Shown in pieces: positions 28,523 to 38,155 of a DNA stretch of 64,000 bases. Position 1 is the first letter of the stretch, and every line of letters starts with the position of its first letter. This stretch comes from an uncultured Methanosarcinales archaeon (GTDB lineage: Archaea > Nanobdellota > Nanobdellia > Woesearchaeales > JAGWAF01), in NCBI GenBank assembly GCA_964359785.1, contig CAYHWL010000001.1, forward strand, positions 2,422 through 66,421. The letters run 5' to 3'. Both the position numbers and the translations under genes were made by a program. The notes beneath the pieces are model-generated. The model was not told the DNA's origin. It was given only the letters and a program-made list of their open reading frames with translations, and did not search any database.

Positions 28523-29893
28523 ATGCGCAGCAACATCTTAAGATGGCGCAAGGTAGGGGGAAGGATCCTTCTTGTTTCCGACTCTGGCGCATGGATATTT
28601 CTTGATCCTCTAGAGTTTGAGGGGTTCATGGCAGATGAGATCTCACATGGACTGCATTCCAAGCTAAAGGCCAACCGTATCATTCTTGATCAAGATAATG
28701 AGTCAGCTGAGATTGCGGCGTACAAAGCGAAAAAAGATTTCGTGCGGCAAGGCACTTCTTTGCATATCATGATCCCCACTCTAAGATGCAATCAAAGATG
28801 CGTCTATTGCCACGCATCTTCAAGACCTATGGATGCTAAAGGAGTGGACATGGATAAAGACACGGCAAATAAGGCGATCGAGTTCATATTGCAGTCTCCG
28901 GCGGGTTCTATCGAGATTGAATTTCAGGGTGGGGAGCCTCTTGTGGATTTTGGGATGGTCAAGCACATCTGCAAGACCGCTAAGGTTGCGGCGTTGGAGA
29001 CTGGTAAAATGATTAGGTTCTCGATGACCAGCAACCTTCTGTTGATGGACCAGGAGAAGCTGGATTTCCTGATTGATCATGATGTGGCCGTCTGCACTAG
29101 TCTTGACGGCCCAAGAGATGTGCATGATAAGAGCAGAGGCCATTATGACGAGCTTATTTCTAAGATCCATTTTGTCAATTCAGTCTATCAACAAAAAGGG
29201 TTGCCAAATAGGCTTGGGGCTCTTTTCACACTCACAAGGACCGCGTTGTCATGCCCTAAAGACATCATCGATGAATATATCCGGCTTGGTATGGATCAGA
29301 TCCATATCAGATGGCTCAACCCTCTTGGATCTGCGCAAGACGCGTTTGACGAAGTTGGCTGCACACCGCAAGAATATATAGAGTTCTGGAAGGCTTCCAT
29401 GGAGTATATTTTGGAGAAGAACCGGACTGGCACTCGGTTCATCGAGCGGCAGGCGCGTATCATGCTCCACAAGATACTAAGATCCACCGATCCCAATTAC
29501 CTTGAGATGCGCTCGCCTTGCGGCGCGGTCACAGGCCAGCTTGCCTACGGACCGGATGGGAAGATATATACTTGTGATGAAGGCAGGATGATCGGTGAAG
29601 GTCTCTTTTGTGTTGGCGATGCGAAGATGGATTCTTACAAGGAGGTCCTTGAGAGCCCCACTTCACTCTCTATGATCAATGCATCTATAACTGATTCCCT
29701 TTTCTGTGACACTTGCGCTTATAAGCCATGGTGTGGGGTATGTCCTGTCATGAATTATGCCGAACAAGGCTCCTTGATTGGTGACATTGTAAATACTCCA
29801 AGGCACAAGATCTTCCTCGCTCAATTCGATTGGATATTTATGCGCCTCCAGATAGAAGAGGATGCGCAGATATTAAAGTCATGGGTCAAATAG
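28523..29893 (+). CDS. hxsB: His-Xaa-Ser system radical SAM/SPASM maturase HxsB
   Basis: TSLHIMIPTLRCNQRCVYCHAS, IEFQGGEPL, EMRSPCGAVTGQLAY..DG.IYTCDEGRM, C..C...PWCG.CPV; GAGGTGA SD. Confidence 0.9.
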   Translation: MRSNILRWRKVGGRILLVSDSGAWIFLDPLEFEGFMADEISHGLHSKLKANRIILDQDNESAEIAAYKAKKDFVRQGTSLHIMIPTLRCNQRCVYCHASSRPMDAKGVDMDKDTANKAIEFILQSPAGSIEIEFQGGEPLVDFGMVKHICKTAKVAALETGKMIRFSMTSNLLLMDQEKLDFLIDHDVAVCTSLDGPRDVHDKSRGHYDELISKIHFVNSVYQQKGLPNRLGALFTLTRTALSCPKDIIDEYIRLGMDQIHIRWLNPLGSAQDAFDEVGCTPQEYIEFWKASMEYILEKNRTGTRFIERQARIMLHKILRSTDPNYLEMRSPCGAVTGQLAYGPDGKIYTCDEGRMIGEGLFCVGDAKMDSYKEVLESPTSLSMINASITDSLFCDTCAYKPWCGVCPVMNYAEQGSLIGDIVNTPRHKIFLAQFDWIFMRLQIEEDAQILKSWVK

Positions 29894-29961
29894 CCGCACT
29901 TCGGGGCCAGGATCGAGATGTTAAAGTAGGTTTTTTATATTCGAATATCGCTCTTTCTCTC

Positions 29962-31182
29962 ATGTTAAAGCAGGAGCTTAGGTCATTCTTGTTGGAAGAA
30001 TCAGGCGCAGTTGACAAAGATGTGATCCTAAGGGCTGGTTCTATGATCATCGCAAGCGCCATCGCCTCTGGCATCGCACACGCCCAGACAGCAGGGACTA
30101 CTGAAGCGGCGGCAAACACACATACTGTCGTCCTTCCTGATGGTAGCCTCACTACTGTGCCTTGGTACTTGAGCATTGAGAACAATCAATGGGTGTGCCG
30201 TCCTGAAGGCAAGAATGTCACTTGTCCTTCAGAGGCGAATATTACTGCGGGTAATGCGGAGCTTGCCAGGCAGACATCATTAGCGGCAGCTGTGGCCGCG
30301 ACTGGTTGTCCTTCTTGCCAGACGGGTTGTGGTCAGCCCGCTTGTCATGCCAATTGCGCGGATATCCACACTGATGCTGTGAACTATATTGGTCAGCATA
30401 CCCATCGGATTGAGCCAAGCGGTCCTTGTCCTCCGCCGCTGCCTGCGGGAGGTGACGACGGTGGATGGATCATGGACGCTATTGGCACGGCATATGCGCC
30501 AGGGATTCATAATAATGGCGAAGTGTTCGGAGCTTTGATTATTGAAGCCAGCAAGAAAGATAAATCTTTTTTGGTTGATTGCTATCATGCGAGTGGTGTG
30601 ATCTTCAGGATCAAAGGCATCAAACATATCCAAAAAGGGGGTATGGCAGATAGATTGCGCAGATGGATCGCGCCAAAGCATGATCTTGCCAAGGACGACT
30701 GGTGGGCGAAACCCTTGCTGACCGCGAGCGCACGCTTCGGATGGATCCACGGCAGAACAATGCTCACTGCCACGGCAAAAGATGGTTTGCTTGCTCCTAT
30801 CACGATGAGATATCTAGAGAATATGGATGTTTCGATGGAATGGCCTGACCATGTCAAACGATTGAACGCGCTTGTTGGCGGATTGGAAAGAGGTGACGAC
30901 AAAGCTGGTCTCGCGATGGTATTGGGACACAAAAATTATCTCAAGCTAAAAAAAGACGCTATAAATTATAGGGTATCCACTGATACGACCAATCATATCG
31001 GAAGCCGCGATGGATCTATCTTATTGCCAAATCAGGTCACGGTCAGATGGCAAGAAAAATTCTGGGATCTTGTCCTTCGAAGCTGTGGATTGAGTTTATT
31101 GACAAAAATGGTCTACAACATCCAGTTTAAGCGCGCATGCGGCCATTGTCTGGACCCAAGAAGCACCCCAAACATTGCTTGA
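29962..31182 (+). CDS. candidate HxsB substrate: leader, His/Cys-rich core and C-terminal domain
   Basis: start reassigned to MLKQELRSFLLEESG (TTTATA about 25 nt upstream); hydrophobic stretch ending AHA; CPSCQTGCGQPACHANC..HTD..HTH. Confidence 0.55.
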   Translation: MLKQELRSFLLEESGAVDKDVILRAGSMIIASAIASGIAHAQTAGTTEAAANTHTVVLPDGSLTTVPWYLSIENNQWVCRPEGKNVTCPSEANITAGNAELARQTSLAAAVAATGCPSCQTGCGQPACHANCADIHTDAVNYIGQHTHRIEPSGPCPPPLPAGGDDGGWIMDAIGTAYAPGIHNNGEVFGALIIEASKKDKSFLVDCYHASGVIFRIKGIKHIQKGGMADRLRRWIAPKHDLAKDDWWAKPLLTASARFGWIHGRTMLTATAKDGLLAPITMRYLENMDVSMEWPDHVKRLNALVGGLERGDDKAGLAMVLGHKNYLKLKKDAINYRVSTDTTNHIGSRDGSILLPNQVTVRWQEKFWDLVLRSCGLSLLTKMVYNIQFKRACGHCLDPRSTPNIA

Positions 31183-31220
31183 ATTTTTGACCGAATCTTC
31201 CTTTGCATAGCATTCTCAGT

Positions 31221-31934
31221 CTATCCTAGCAAGGGATAAATTACGACAAGGATCGCCCCCAGAAATAGGAATGGCGCAAAGGCGATTTCTTGGTCCTTCT
31301 TTGATTGCATCACGAGTCTAGTCATCATCACTATCACGCTGCTGGAGACTGCGACGATCGCGATTTGTTTGTCGAAGCCTTTAAGATATAATCCCAAGAC
31401 TAGCATGGCAAAATATAGGCCCATCTGATGATTAAAAGGTAATCTTCCGATGATATAGGCTATTGCTAAGACTAGGGCTACTGATGGGAAAAATGCTAGT
31501 CCCAATGAGTTCACGAGAAATGAGTTTGCGATGACAGATAATGCCACAAGCAGTATGTCTCTTCTTCCCAGATGCGCAAGATTGACTCTTCGGTGATTGA
31601 ATATGATGATGGACAGATAACCGGAAAGGGCTGTCACGATACAAAAGAGTATCACGTTTTCCAGATTGAGCCAGGTCATCCCGATAATAGCGTAGGTTAA
31701 CGCAAGTTTCCCATCGCCTGCCCCTATCCACCTGCATCTATACATGAGAAACATGAGCAATATGATGCCCACAAGCCAGCCCCATTGCGCAAAGGATATC
31801 ATTCCGAAGATAAGAGTATTGATTATCCCGATTATCGCAAAGAATGCCACAAGGCTATTTGGTATCTTGTGGGTCTTGATATCTTGATAACTAGAGCACA
31901 ATCCCAATCCTATCAATAGGAGGAGATTTATCAT
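31221..31934 (-). CDS. A24 family prepilin (class III signal) peptidase
   Basis: YQDIKTHKIPN, GAGDGKL (GxGD), AFAPFL; polytopic membrane protein. Confidence 0.9.
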   Translation of the reverse strand: MINLLLLIGLGLCSSYQDIKTHKIPNSLVAFFAIIGIINTLIFGMISFAQWGWLVGIILLMFLMYRCRWIGAGDGKLALTYAIIGMTWLNLENVILFCIVTALSGYLSIIIFNHRRVNLAHLGRRDILLVALSVIANSFLVNSLGLAFFPSVALVLAIAYIIGRLPFNHQMGLYFAMLVLGLYLKGFDKQIAIVAVSSSVIVMMTRLVMQSKKDQEIAFAPFLFLGAILVVIYPLLG

Positions 31935-32524
31935 TTCTCCAGTATCCTGCCCACATGCAGGATGGATCTCTTTGCCTGTGATGTATTCATGCCAAATGCG
32001 AGATAAGTCCTTTGAAGGTCATGTGGGCTTCTCAGGTGATATGGGTTTGTGGCCATGCTCACAATCGCTGTATCGACGCCATATTTTTCGCATAATCCAA
32101 AATTCTGTCTCATCCGTCCAAGTATGACTCCCCTTCTGGATACCTCAAGCCCAAGTATGGTCTCAAACGGGAATGCCAGTCCTATTTTCTTCTTGACCAT
32201 GATATTACAATAGATATGGTTTAGTCCGCTTTGTCTTTGGTGCATGGAATCATGTTTTTGTTTCTTTTCTATGTCATAGAGCAGTTGGAACCCTCCTGCT
32301 TCGATTGTGTCCCTATCATCTCCTTTGCTCTCTTTGATGATCAGGTTCGCGTGGGAATCGCTTGGGGACGCGTGATAGATGGGCATTTTCGATTTTACTC
32401 CACCCAAACGGAGAGCATCCGGCTTATTAGGATAGAAGAAACATAGACCATCCCATCCCAGAGTTTGCGCCATCTGGATGTATTCCTCTTCGTTTTTTTG
32501 GGGTATGACAATGTCGATATGCAT
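31931..32524 (-). CDS. rnp3: RNase P subunit Rpp30 (PHP fold)
   Basis: SGLNH, IGLAF, S.A.NPYHLRSPHDL; start MHIDIV. Confidence 0.75.
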   Translation of the reverse strand: MHIDIVIPQKNEEEYIQMAQTLGWDGLCFFYPNKPDALRLGGVKSKMPIYHASPSDSHANLIIKESKGDDRDTIEAGGFQLLYDIEKKQKHDSMHQRQSGLNHIYCNIMVKKKIGLAFPFETILGLEVSRRGVILGRMRQNFGLCEKYGVDTAIVSMATNPYHLRSPHDLQRTYLAFGMNTSQAKRSILHVGRILEK

Positions 32525-32547
32525 GCTTCGGGTCCAAGAAGCATGAT

Positions 32548-33471
32548 TTATATTACTTTGCAGCCACACCCCACACCACACATGCGTCCTGCGCCATTTT
32601 GCGCCTTACTAAGGATCATGCAGGTCTTGCACAGTTTGTTGCTTGCGGGTTCTCCGCATCCAAAACAGGCGCCTATTTTCTCCAGACTGGCGTTGATCTC
32701 ACGCAATCGCGGCAATACTCTCAAAAACTCCTCTACCATCTTCAGTTTTGTCCCTGGTTTTGTGTTTTCGATTGAATCAAGGTATGACCGTATATGTCTT
32801 CTCATGGCATCATCGCCGCACGGACACAAGTTATATGCGACTGGGAATCCTTTGATTCTTGCGTATTTCTCTATCTCAAGATTTGATAGGTAATACAATG
32901 GTTTCACTCTTGGGATGAAACGCGAGTCTTCTATCGCTCCTACCATAGGCCCCATCCTGGCGCTTAATTGAAGATTGTTGCGGAGGAAATTCATCACTAT
33001 TGATTGGCATTCATCGTCAAGATTGTGTCCTGTGACTACCACATCTGCCCCCATACTTCGGGTGTATTTGTTCAGTAGGTATCTGCGCGGCACCCCGCAC
33101 ACTGTGCAGCTCTTGATATTTAGTCCAGCTTCCTTCATTGCTTCGTGCAGGTATTGCACTGAATACCCGAATTCATCATGGAAGTCTATCACCTTTAGAG
33201 GTATGTTGTTCTCCTTGCAATAGCTTTTCACGTTGAGTAAGTTCTCCTTTGTGTAGCATCCGATATGAGTGTCCACAGTAAGGGCGCAAAAGTCATATCC
33301 TAGCCTTTTGAGGAGGTGCATCACGGTTGTGCTATCTTTGCCTCCACTCGCGGCGACTACAAGATTCGTCCTTCCGGCAAGCAGTTTATGTGCTGCTATA
33401 GTCTGTTTTACCCTCTTCTCAAAAGCGTTTGAGAATTCCTTGCCATTTTTTGGGAGCCTTCCAAATTTCAT
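32548..33471 (-). CDS. tRNA 2-thiolation enzyme, TtuA/Ncs6 family
   Basis: SGGKDS PP-loop, CTVCGVPRR, TGHNLDD, RVKPL, CP, C-terminal Zn ribbon. Confidence 0.9.
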   Translation of the reverse strand: MKFGRLPKNGKEFSNAFEKRVKQTIAAHKLLAGRTNLVVAASGGKDSTTVMHLLKRLGYDFCALTVDTHIGCYTKENLLNVKSYCKENNIPLKVIDFHDEFGYSVQYLHEAMKEAGLNIKSCTVCGVPRRYLLNKYTRSMGADVVVTGHNLDDECQSIVMNFLRNNLQLSARMGPMVGAIEDSRFIPRVKPLYYLSNLEIEKYARIKGFPVAYNLCPCGDDAMRRHIRSYLDSIENTKPGTKLKMVEEFLRVLPRLREINASLEKIGACFGCGEPASNKLCKTCMILSKAQNGAGRMCGVGCGCKVI

Positions 33472-34271
33472 AAATACTCACTCTTTAAGGTCTCTATCTC
33501 ATTTTCTAAAAATCCCACAAGCGGATTTAATACTACAAGCCCGGGGAATGTTTCTCGCTGGGTGCAGACGCATGCCTGCAGATCCAGTCGGATTATCTCT
33601 TCTTTGTTCACCTCATTTATGCACAATGGAAGACTTCCATGATATCTTGCCAAAGGAGATAGGTCTAGGCCTGCAGGGTTTAACACCATCAAGTTGCATC
33701 CTCTTTTCATCATCATTATGCCAGCTAGAATGTCGATTTGCGTGTCTAGCACAAGCAATGCCTTCCCCTGGCTTCCGACCGGATATCCGCCATGGCCTTT
33801 GAGTTTTGAGTCAAATACATATGCCATCTTATTCACTAATTCTACTCCTATCTCTAGATCATACGCTGACAAATCGACTTTTGCGCCGCTTTTCTCCACG
33901 ACATATGCCCCAAGTTCAATGTCTACATCCCTGCTTCGCAATGTGATGGCCTTGTCTATCCTCTTTGCGCTTATCCTGAATTTTGTGTTTGTGTTCATCA
34001 GCTGTATTATCGGATCAGCTGCTTTTTTGATGTCAGTGATTGTGGCAGGGCATATCTGCGCGTATGAATATGTGCATATCCCAAAGATGTCTCCAAACCA
34101 TGCAGGCCTCTCTTCCGTCTCAATTATGAGCCTCCCATGGGTCTTTCTTATTTTTGGTTTGGGACGGCCATATTTTACGAAAAACATCTCTATGGACTTC
34201 GCTAATTGCCGTATGAATTGGTCTTGGTTTTGTCCCTTGAGCGCAATCTCATCATATCGTACCAGTATCAT
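33468..34271 (-). CDS. ThiI-like THUMP protein with degenerate, truncated catalytic domain
   Basis: ILVRYDEIALKG, FRISAKR, VDL, GGYPVGSQGK, MMKRGC; SGGIDS loop replaced. Confidence 0.8.
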   Translation of the reverse strand: MILVRYDEIALKGQNQDQFIRQLAKSIEMFFVKYGRPKPKIRKTHGRLIIETEERPAWFGDIFGICTYSYAQICPATITDIKKAADPIIQLMNTNTKFRISAKRIDKAITLRSRDVDIELGAYVVEKSGAKVDLSAYDLEIGVELVNKMAYVFDSKLKGHGGYPVGSQGKALLVLDTQIDILAGIMMMKRGCNLMVLNPAGLDLSPLARYHGSLPLCINEVNKEEIIRLDLQACVCTQRETFPGLVVLNPLVGFLENEIETLKSEYL

Positions 34272-34337
34272 GTGTATGTTTGTTTTCTCGACATATTTAA
34301 ATATGGACGTGGAAGGGATTTCGCAAGAGGTGATTAG

Positions 34338-34652
34338 GTGATAGATAGGTGTTTAGAGTGCGGTCTTGCTCTTTCACATCCGCTGTGCCATTCTTGTCTT
34401 GCTGATGAATCTGTCCACTTCTTATTGGATCACAAGCCTAAATTGATTCCCTCTCTAAAAAAAGTGCATGGGATTGAGCTTCCCGGCATTGATAGCTCCG
34501 TATCCTGTGTGTCTTGCAAGGATTCTGTTATTGTTTGCCCCAGTTGTTTCAACAGGCATGTTGCGATATGGCTCTTTAGGGAGAATGCCATTCTTGCGAG
34601 ATTATTTAAGCAGCAGATGGGTTTATCTAATCCTCTTGGAGATTCTAAGTAG
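34338..34652 (+). CDS. small zinc-finger protein
   Basis: four CxxC pairs; GAGGTGA SD before GTG. Confidence 0.7.
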   Translation: MIDRCLECGLALSHPLCHSCLADESVHFLLDHKPKLIPSLKKVHGIELPGIDSSVSCVSCKDSVIVCPSCFNRHVAIWLFRENAILARLFKQQMGLSNPLGDSK

Positions 34653-35741
34653 ATTTGAGTGCGATTCGATTATTTTATCTGCGGCATATTCTATCTCAGA
34701 TAGCGTGTTTTGTCTGCCAAAGCTCAAACGTATCGTTTCTTGGCTTGCTATCCTGCTTTTCCCTATTGCGCTAAGCACATGACTTGATTCCTTGCTCTTC
34801 GAGTCGCATGCCGCTCCGGCGCTTGCGTATATCTTCTTTAAGTTCAGATGTGCAAGCATTGTCTCTGCTTCTACTCCGGGGAATCGCACGCTAAGTATTG
34901 TAGGAAGCCCATTAGCAGGGCCGTTGATTTCCATAGTGGGAATTCCTGATAAAAGTTTTGAGGCCATCTTTTTTCTTAGATTGGACACCCTCAAGATCTC
35001 TTTTGGGGTATATTCTTGCGCGGCGCATGCCATTCCGGCTATAGCTGGCACATTTTGTGTTCCTCCCCGCTTGCCATTCTCCTGCTCTCCGCAGATTATT
35101 GGCCCAATATCGACCCCTTCTCGGACAAATAATGCTCCCGCCCCTAATGGTCCATGGATCTTGTGTGAGCATATGCTCATCATATCCACATAGGTGAGAT
35201 CTATTGGGGCCTTGCAAAATGATTGGCATGCATCGATATGGAGTATTATCCCTTTGTCTTTGCATATTTTTCCAAGGAGATTTATGTCTTGTATCGTGCC
35301 CACTTCATTATTCCCATGGATGATGCTTACCATCCCTACGTGTGGATCAAGGGATTCCATGAAAACCTTCATCAAGATCATCCCGTCTTTATCCACGGGG
35401 ATCTCATGGATTACAATCCCATTAGCTTCAAGTTCTTTGGCATATTTCCGGATACTGTTGTGTTCGATTGCGCTTATCACCAGATTTTTTTGAGGGAGAT
35501 TACGCATGAGATTTAGGGCCATCGAATTTGACTCGCTTCCTCCGCTTGTGAAGATTACCTCACAAGGTCGGGCCCCGATCTTAGCCGCGATGATGCCTCG
35601 CGCTTCCTCCATGGCATCTTTTGCTAGATGTCCTAACCTGTGTTCGCTTGAAGCATTGCCATAAGACATAGCTTTCCTCATCGCGGCATGCGCCGCCTTC
35701 GATATCGAGGTGGTCGCGGCATTGTCTAAGTAGCATTCCAT
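34623..35741 (-). CDS. iscS: cysteine desulfurase, IscS/NifS family
   Basis: YLDNAATT, FTSGGSES, NNEVG, HIDACQ, SHKIHGP, SAGAAC. Confidence 0.95.
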   Translation of the reverse strand: MECYLDNAATTSISKAAHAAMRKAMSYGNASSEHRLGHLAKDAMEEARGIIAAKIGARPCEVIFTSGGSESNSMALNLMRNLPQKNLVISAIEHNSIRKYAKELEANGIVIHEIPVDKDGMILMKVFMESLDPHVGMVSIIHGNNEVGTIQDINLLGKICKDKGIILHIDACQSFCKAPIDLTYVDMMSICSHKIHGPLGAGALFVREGVDIGPIICGEQENGKRGGTQNVPAIAGMACAAQEYTPKEILRVSNLRKKMASKLLSGIPTMEINGPANGLPTILSVRFPGVEAETMLAHLNLKKIYASAGAACDSKSKESSHVLSAIGKSRIASQETIRLSFGRQNTLSEIEYAADKIIESHSNLLRISKRIR

Positions 35742-35763
35742 ATGCCTTTTCAGACCCTAAACC

Positions 35764-35771
35764 TTTATAAA
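35764..35771. promoter_or_regulatory. palindromic TATA box between divergent iscS and rpl34e
   Basis: TTTATAAA, 23 and 24 nt from the two ATGs. Confidence 0.6.
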
Positions 35772-35794
35772 CCCGTCCCAGCTCCCATGCGACT

Positions 35795-36058
35795 ATGGTT
35801 CGTGGAAATCAAAAATCAAGGACATTCATCAGGGTTAAACGCAGGACTCCAGGGGCAAAGACTGTGCTCCGTTACATCAGGCGTAAACCCGCTAAATCGA
35901 CGTGCGGCAAGTGCGGTGTCAATCTTATGGGAGTTCCACGTAAGTTGCCTCGGGAGCTTAGCCGTGTGGCAAAGACCAAAAGGAGGCCCCAGCGCATGTT
36001 TGGTGGCGTTCTTTGTGTCAGATGTTCCCGTCGCGAGATCATAAACAGGTCACGATAG
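35795..36058 (+). CDS. rpl34e: 50S ribosomal protein L34e
   Basis: RTPG, CGKCG..L.GVP, KRRPQRMFGGVLC..C. Confidence 0.95.
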   Translation: MVRGNQKSRTFIRVKRRTPGAKTVLRYIRRKPAKSTCGKCGVNLMGVPRKLPRELSRVAKTKRRPQRMFGGVLCVRCSRREIINRSR

Positions 36059-36119
36059 ATCACAATCAAATCTCTTGCAGGAAAGCGGTGACGCCCTGCT
36101 TGGATAGGAGGTTGCAAAA

Positions 36120-36467
36120 ATGCTAGATATAGGAAGAGTTTGTATAAAGATCGCAGGCAGGGATTCTGGAGAACGCTGTGTCATTGTTGATGTGATTGAC
36201 CATAATTTTGTCCAGATAGATGGCGCTACGCGAAGGCGTAGATGCAATATTTTACATCTTGAGCCTATGCCAGAGACATTGGATTTGAAGAAGGGCGCTT
36301 CACATGAAGAGGTTGCTCAAGCTTTCAAAGCCAAGAGTTGGGGATTCATGACAACAAAGCCTAAGGCAAAAGCCCAAAAACCAGCACGCGTCCGCAGAAG
36401 CGGTGCACAATCTGACAAGAAGGTAAAACCAAGCAAGCTTACGCCAAAGGCAGATGCCAAGAAGTGA
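36120..36467 (+). CDS. rpl14e: 50S ribosomal protein L14e
   Basis: IGRVCIKIAGRDSG..CVIVDVID.NFV.IDG...RRRCNILHLEP. Confidence 0.95.
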   Translation: MLDIGRVCIKIAGRDSGERCVIVDVIDHNFVQIDGATRRRRCNILHLEPMPETLDLKKGASHEEVAQAFKAKSWGFMTTKPKAKAQKPARVRRSGAQSDKKVKPSKLTPKADAKK

Positions 36468-36499
36468 AGCATATTCTTTGTTTTGTATTTATCTATTCC

Positions 36500-38155
36500 C
36501 TATTTTAAAGGTTTATCCTTCTTTCTTATTAATGCTCCCAGGTTCAATTCTCCTCCGATAGTGGGTGTTCGGAGTTCAAAGTTATCAAGCACAATCGGGT
36601 TTATCTCGCCAACTGTTCCTACTTGTTCGCCGTCTACTATCACATCCGCGCTTCGGCCGTTGATAAAAGAGGGATTTTTGCTTGGGGTTAATTCATATTT
36701 GAGGTCGATGCCTCTCATATACGCGTCCAAGACCTGTTGCGCGTTCACATAGGCGGCATCTGATTCTATGTGTGCGAATGCGATATGCTCGGATTCGCTA
36801 ATCGATTTGCCTTTTCTTCCGGCGACTTCCCCGCACTCGAATATTTTTTGAGGGTAATCATTATGTTTATTTTGTGATAGTATGTCGAGCAATGCGGGAA
36901 GTATCCAGCTACGCAGCACGGAATATCGGAGCGTGGCATATTCCAGCAATTCGACTGTTCCGATATCTGGATGGTTCATCTTGTTGTAGAGGATCTCTTT
37001 TGCGCTCAAGATGGCATTTAGAGTCTCTTGGTATCCCATCCCTACGAATATGTCTCTTGAGGCGTCGATTATCTCTATGCTTGGTTTAGTGGATCCCCGC
37101 GTGTAGGTGGAGAGCGCAAGATCAGGCACCTGGTTATATCCGTGGCTGATTAGGACATCTTCTGCTATGTCGACTGGATGCATTATATCATCTCTATAAC
37201 AGGGGATTATGATGTTGTTTCCGCTTATTCCATATCTCATCTTGCCAAGCAATTGTATCGTTCTTGTTTTCCCCAGTGTTAGACCTGTGAGTGATTCGAT
37301 GTGCTTGATGTCAAGCTTGATTTTCTGTTCACAGAAGGTTGGTGTGCTTCTTTTTTTGTTACCTTGGATACTTACGCTTCGTATTGTCCAACCCCTGTCG
37401 GCGAATGCGCAGGCTAGGATGTTGCAAGATAAGTCCACTGCGCTTTGGTCTGTTCCTGTGAATTCCACCAGCAGTTCCGTGTCTCCAGGTTCTATTTTTC
37501 CTAGGTGATCGCTGTTTATTATTGGAGGAAAGCTTAACACAGCTCCAACAGCATCCATGAGGAGGGGATATTTTTTGTGCCCTTGCAGGATGCTTGCGAA
37601 TTTTTTTCCTGTGTCATGCGTCTCTAGGATCTCAGAGAGGTTGTATTCCTTGCTATGGCCAAGGGGGGTGAATTTCACGCTAGTGGGGCCTACCGCTTTG
37701 TATTCGACAGGCCACTTGATGTCGCCATATTTGTAGATTCCAATGCTCACTTTCTTGCGTTTCATCCCAAAGCCATCGCAGAGTTTCTCTTGGAATTGGA
37801 TGAGTGTCTTGATGAAGTTATCATCGATGGCTGGCCCTTTGGCTGAGAACGCGGCTATGCATGGTCGGATTTTATCTAGTTCCCTGTCGACTTTTATTAT
37901 GTCCTTGGTGGGCATTGATTTGTACACGGCAAGGCCTTTCTCTACATCCAACTGGCCTCGAAATACCCTGGCTATCCCTTCTGTGCTCCATAGATATGGA
38001 AGATTCGTGTCCTCAAGTTTGATGCGTATTGTGTCGCCGTCTTGACTCTCTATCTCGGCTTTCACATATTCAAGCAATTCTTCGATTGCTTTGATGGAAA
38101 GTTTCCGCCGGATGAGTTTGCATAGATCCTCGACAGAGCAGTCGATCGTGACCAT
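36500..38155 (-). CDS. pheT: phenylalanyl-tRNA synthetase beta subunit
   Basis: LWSTEGIAR, VLSFPPIINS, R.DIMHPVDIAED, LRSWILP, GEINP. Confidence 0.95.
   Translation of the reverse strand: MVTIDCSVEDLCKLIRRKLSIKAIEELLEYVKAEIESQDGDTIRIKLEDTNLPYLWSTEGIARVFRGQLDVEKGLAVYKSMPTKDIIKVDRELDKIRPCIAAFSAKGPAIDDNFIKTLIQFQEKLCDGFGMKRKKVSIGIYKYGDIKWPVEYKAVGPTSVKFTPLGHSKEYNLSEILETHDTGKKFASILQGHKKYPLLMDAVGAVLSFPPIINSDHLGKIEPGDTELLVEFTGTDQSAVDLSCNILACAFADRGWTIRSVSIQGNKKRSTPTFCEQKIKLDIKHIESLTGLTLGKTRTIQLLGKMRYGISGNNIIIPCYRDDIMHPVDIAEDVLISHGYNQVPDLALSTYTRGSTKPSIEIIDASRDIFVGMGYQETLNAILSAKEILYNKMNHPDIGTVELLEYATLRYSVLRSWILPALLDILSQNKHNDYPQKIFECGEVAGRKGKSISESEHIAFAHIESDAAYVNAQQVLDAYMRGIDLKYELTPSKNPSFINGRSADVIVDGEQVGTVGEINPIVLDNFELRTPTIGGELNLGALIRKKDKPLK

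Noticed and set aside
36075..36100. Hairpin as an archaeal SECIS
   Set aside because: Lacks the GAA/A internal-loop geometry and no neighbouring gene has an in-frame TGA
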